From Hausera hauseri (lineage: Eukaryota), in assembly GCA_046269625.1 (NCBI GenBank), contig JBJURY010111096.1, forward strand, positions 1 through 64,000: a stretch of 64,000 nt of DNA. The letters run 5' to 3'. The notes under the pieces are model-generated. The model was not told where the DNA came from, did not search any database, and worked only from the letters and a program-made list of their open reading frames with translations. Positions 60,529 to 64,000 of this stretch are shown in pieces. Position numbers and translations under genes: made by a program. Each line of letters begins with the position of its first letter. Positions within the stretch are counted from its first letter, which is position 1.

Positions 60529-63500
60529 TTATGAGTTTTCGCTACTAAAGTAAAGAATTTCTACACTATATATAGTTGAAACTGTACTATCATTATTCAC
60601 AATTTTGATCTCCGCTTCTTGACCTACCATTGACCGGCCATTAATCCATCCCTCGTTCTGACTGGTTGCATTGGGCGTAAGTTTATCCCTTTGTATCGCT
60701 GCATACTGAATACCCTCCTTTACCTTGAAGTGGGCAAGAGTTAGCTCCGATTCCATTCCGGTAGGAACCCCCTGGTAAGGTGGAATCATAATCAACGGAA
60801 CACTATTCAATCCAACTCCGTTTATGCTGATCGCCTTGTAATTTTTAAGTTTCGGGAAATCGGTATTTGTTACCAATGTCAGTTCGCGGCTATACTGAAC
60901 GCCAAAGAAATTTTTAGCTGGCCCCGATCCGAACAGCCACATTTCACCATCCTTGAAAGCAACAATTTGATTTCTAAGCCTTCCGTACATTTCCGGGGTG
61001 AATGAATAACGTTGAGGCCAACCATTCTTGCTCTTACTAAATGCAATCGTAAAAGCTTCAAACGGAGCTTGGTCACCTCCTGCACTATATTGGCTCCACT
61101 GAAAAGCATAATACTTGCTCTCCACACTTGAATCCGGGGATCTTTGAAAGCGCACATCCACTACCAAGTTTTGTAGCGATGGCGTTGAATCCGTAGCGGT
61201 AACGGTAAGCGTTCCGTTAGGATTAATGACAGTGGTGTACCCAATATTATTGAATAAGTTTAAAATAGCATTGATGATGCTCGTTGTCACCGGTCCGGTA
61301 GATCCGTACAATGATCCCGATGGCTGCAGCCTCAAAATAACGTTGATCACTACCCCGGGAGCTGGAAGGTCAATATTAAAAATATCAATTGTTACCGATG
61401 GCAAAACTCTTGGTTTTGGGTTCAGCGCTCCAATTGTTAATATGTACTCGTCATGGTACAAATCATAGACTGCCGGACACTCGCTCTTTTCAAGATCCAA
61501 GTATCTGCGCTTCAAAGCTACTTCGTTAAAGGTGCGCTTTTGGTAGTAATCACTAATGTTGATCAGTCCGTTGCTACTGCTACGGTAAACAGCTCCTTCG
61601 GTTTCATCCAACCCAATCATATCTCCTTCATCATTCGTGCAGACCGATTCGGGATTGTTGGTGCCATAGGTTCGCTGGATGATATGGCTGTTTGCAACTA
61701 CATCATCAACTACTGAAATAATTGGGGAAGCCCCCTGCGCCTGGCGTATTAAACCTTGATTTACGTAAATACTTAATTGAGCATTTAAGAAGATCAGCCG
61801 GAGAACGTCATTGTTTAAAACAATCATTTTGGACATCCGGCCATAATTGGTGTTGTACTGGCGGTCATTTGCCGGTTCGATTGCACAAAGTCCATTCGTT
61901 TCCGTTCCGGAAATATATCGATTGGTGAATTTGTGAGCTGTTGGCCGGTAAATCTGACCGATTAGCGCAATGAAATTAGCGCGACCAAATCCATTGTAGG
62001 CATTGGCGGTATATTCACTCGGAGCATTGGAATAAATGTAGCTTGGCGGTCCTTTAGTCCATGCAGTAGAAGGCTGAATATTGTAGTATTTATCTCGTTT
62101 ACGATAAAAAGCACCACCATTTTCGATTGTAACTATTGCTGGAGTATTGATATTTAACGGAGATCCACCATAGGTTTGATCCTGCGATAAACCTTTGTGC
62201 CTCTTTTTGGTTATTCCGTTTACTACAATAGTTTCAACTTCATAGCAAGCGCCAATTTCAAAATAAGTTTGCTTGGTTTCATCAGCTTCATCCCGGATGG
62301 AATAGATCTCAATCCAGTTGTTTCTTCCTACTGGTGACAGTAATGTTAAGTCAAATGGCGTTCCTGGTAAATACTGGATATAGATTTTATCCCCGGTAGT
62401 AGATAATATTTCATAGTCATACTGAAACTTATAAATCGTACCACCTAACTGCGCCAAAACTCTAAGCCGATCTCCCTTTTTAAAAGTATAACTTATCTCG
62501 GCTCCTAAATTAGCATTGTTAACGTAGTGGCCAATACTGCTCATATCAATCTCCCAATAAATAGGATTGACTATTGTTTGCACAAATTGATCATTCACTC
62601 TGTTTACTTGCGCAGGGAAGAAGCACAGATAACTCTCTTCGGTAAGATCCGGAGTAATTACAATCTGATATTTAGTAGCCCAACTCGGAGGCTCATGATT
62701 TATTTTCAGTTCCAAGTATGGAACGAAAGCTTGCGTATCTAAGTTAGTAAAAAAGGTATTATCAAACAGATGCGGTATTTCGATAGGTTCTTCCGTAATT
62801 ACACAAACACCACTCTTGCGATCAGCATTATCATAATAGACAATACCCACAAATCCTTTGTAACCATACTTAAACCCTCGCTTAGAAATGTATGGAATTG
62901 AAGTGTAGAAAAGAGTGTTTAAAATATCAGTATATTTTACCTCAATAGTCGCATTAGGAACGAGAGAATCATACCCCTCGGTAATTGCTCCCAACCAAAT
63001 TCTTTCATCAATATAAGCCATGCTTTCAGCCTTCAATGGCACTGCATGATAGGGTAACAATGCAGTGGAAGTAGCAGCAGCAATGAATAGCTCGTTGCTG
63101 AAGTAATTATATTTTCTACCACTGATTGTCGCAAACTCATGTCGATCAAACTCTGCAATATCTCCCCACGTTACCCCATTATCTTCACTCACAGCCAGGC
63201 GTACTTTTTTAATTGTAGATAAATAATTGATATTATTCAGCCATTTATCATCGAAGTTGACCACTACGAATTTATTGTAAACGGTTTGTAGCAATGGCAT
63301 TTGACCGATAGCACCATACACGCTCTGCTCGTAATCTAAAAAAATGTATCGGCATCTGAATAGTAACGTTTTCGATAGGATGGAATAGTTTATGAAATTT
63401 GATACTGTTCCAGTATCAAAATCAAACCAGTATGCAAGCGTAGTAGCTCCAAACGTAAAATTGGGGCCATCATCAATATTCACTCTGAACTCGATTTGGC

Positions 63501-64000
63501 TGGTTGCTAAATTTAATGCGCTCCATGATCCACCTTTAACCTCGCACGTACACGCAAATCCGGTTACGATCATTGATATTCTTCCGGTAACTCCGACAGT
63601 ATAAGAGTTAATGTTAACGGTAATATTGAATGTTCCGGCAGCATTAGCCCCTAACGAATGATCATAAATTACCGTTCCATCGCTAAGGGTAAAAGTCAAT
63701 GTGCTTGGTGGTCCGAAATTCCATGCAGTAACAATAAACTGAATATTGAAAGTAAAATCAAATTGCTCATTAATAGTAGCATTATAATAATCCAATGGCT
63801 GCGGAAAATTACCGGTTAAATTCCAGTTGGTAGTACCAAGCACAAAATTTTGACCAAGAAAGAAAGCTGCATTACCATCGAAATATGAAGTAGGAGGGCA
63901 AAACGGAGGGTATTTAATCTGCTTAAATACATCAAGTGTTAGTGGAGGATAACTTACTCCTGCACCTAAAATGTAATCGGCATAGTGGTTTCCCGGAAGA
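60529..64000 (-). CDS. tail stabilisation protein (P22 gp10-like / crAss muzzle-like), 5'-truncated by the window
   Basis: Frame stays open beyond 63843 to the edge; VPLKAES..RIWLG..EGYD, GIVYYDNADRKS, PPSWATKYQ, YGTNNPES, YSFTPE, NFFGVQY, KEG. Confidence 0.75.
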   Translation of the reverse strand, partial: LPGNHYADYILGAGVSYPPLTLDVFKQIKYPPFCPPTSYFDGNAAFFLGQNFVLGTTNWNLTGNFPQPLDYYNATINEQFDFTFNIQFIVTAWNFGPPSTLTFTLSDGTVIYDHSLGANAAGTFNITVNINSYTVGVTGRISMIVTGFACTCEVKGGSWSALNLATSQIEFRVNIDDGPNFTFGATTLAYWFDFDTGTVSNFINYSILSKTLLFRCRYIFLDYEQSVYGAIGQMPLLQTVYNKFVVVNFDDKWLNNINYLSTIKKVRLAVSEDNGVTWGDIAEFDRHEFATISGRKYNYFSNELFIAAATSTALLPYHAVPLKAESMAYIDERIWLGAITEGYDSLVPNATIEVKYTDILNTLFYTSIPYISKRGFKYGYKGFVGIVYYDNADRKSGVCVITEEPIEIPHLFDNTFFTNLDTQAFVPYLELKINHEPPSWATKYQIVITPDLTEESYLCFFPAQVNRVNDQFVQTIVNPIYWEIDMSSIGHYVNNANLGAEISYTFKKGDRLRVLAQLGGTIYKFQYDYEILSTTGDKIYIQYLPGTPFDLTLLSPVGRNNWIEIYSIRDEADETKQTYFEIGACYEVETIVVNGITKKRHKGLSQDQTYGGSPLNINTPAIVTIENGGAFYRKRDKYYNIQPSTAWTKGPPSYIYSNAPSEYTANAYNGFGRANFIALIGQIYRPTAHKFTNRYISGTETNGLCAIEPANDRQYNTNYGRMSKMIVLNNDVLRLIFLNAQLSIYVNQGLIRQAQGASPIISVVDDVVANSHIIQRTYGTNNPESVCTNDEGDMIGLDETEGAVYRSSSNGLINISDYYQKRTFNEVALKRRYLDLEKSECPAVYDLYHDEYILTIGALNPKPRVLPSVTIDIFNIDLPAPGVVINVILRLQPSGSLYGSTGPVTTSIINAILNLFNNIGYTTVINPNGTLTVTATDSTPSLQNLVVDVRFQRSPDSSVESKYYAFQWSQYSAGGDQAPFEAFTIAFSKSKNGWPQRYSFTPEMYGRLRNQIVAFKDGEMWLFGSGPAKNFFGVQYSRELTLVTNTDFPKLKNYKAISINGVGLNSVPLIMIPPYQGVPTGMESELTLAHFKVKEGIQYAAIQRDKLTPNATSQNEGWINGRSMVGQEAEIKIVNNDSTVSTIYSVEILYFSSENS

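Noticed and set aside
1-64000. Stop-codon reassignment as seen in some crAss-like phages
   Set aside because: Standard code 11 gives intact long genes and dense coding; TAG and TGA both serve as normal stops.

Overview
The window is about 64 kb of a tailed dsDNA phage genome with podovirus-like, crAss-related architecture. The host is probably a Bacteroidota, inferred from repeated TAnnTTTG promoters and the lack of obvious Shine-Dalgarno sites. From left to right: (i) a leftward operon with a putative structural gene, a PhyH-type 2OG-Fe(II) dioxygenase, SAM methyltransferase, DUF4326, SSB-like protein, glycosyltransferase, VRR-NUC nuclease and RHH regulator; (ii) a VirE-type primase-helicase coupled to a serine recombinase; (iii) small genes with their own promoters, including a WYL-only protein, and an ori-like repeat region at 9.78-10.07 kb; (iv) a 14-kb rightward array of short early genes containing RadC/JAB, a 146-nt tRNA-like RNA and an integron attC-like gene cassette; (v) a leftward recombination/anti-defence block (PD-(D/E)xK exonuclease, DUF2829/Tad2-like, Gp3-like) and a lysis cassette; (vi) a rightward GroES-like/terminase/portal module; (vii) leftward tail-fibre genes, a signal-peptide-bearing LamG/FN3 protein, a 5197-aa polyvalent putative ejection protein (ddrB-ParB, JAB, SF2 helicase, zincin, LPD38-like), two further putative cargo proteins and a tail stabilisation protein cut by the window edge. 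The most notable observations are the attC-like cassette with an inverted gene, the giant polyvalent protein sitting where crAss-like phages carry a virion RNA polymerase, three structured RNAs, and a strong regional CCGG bias. All family assignments come from motif recognition by eye; no database searches were run.
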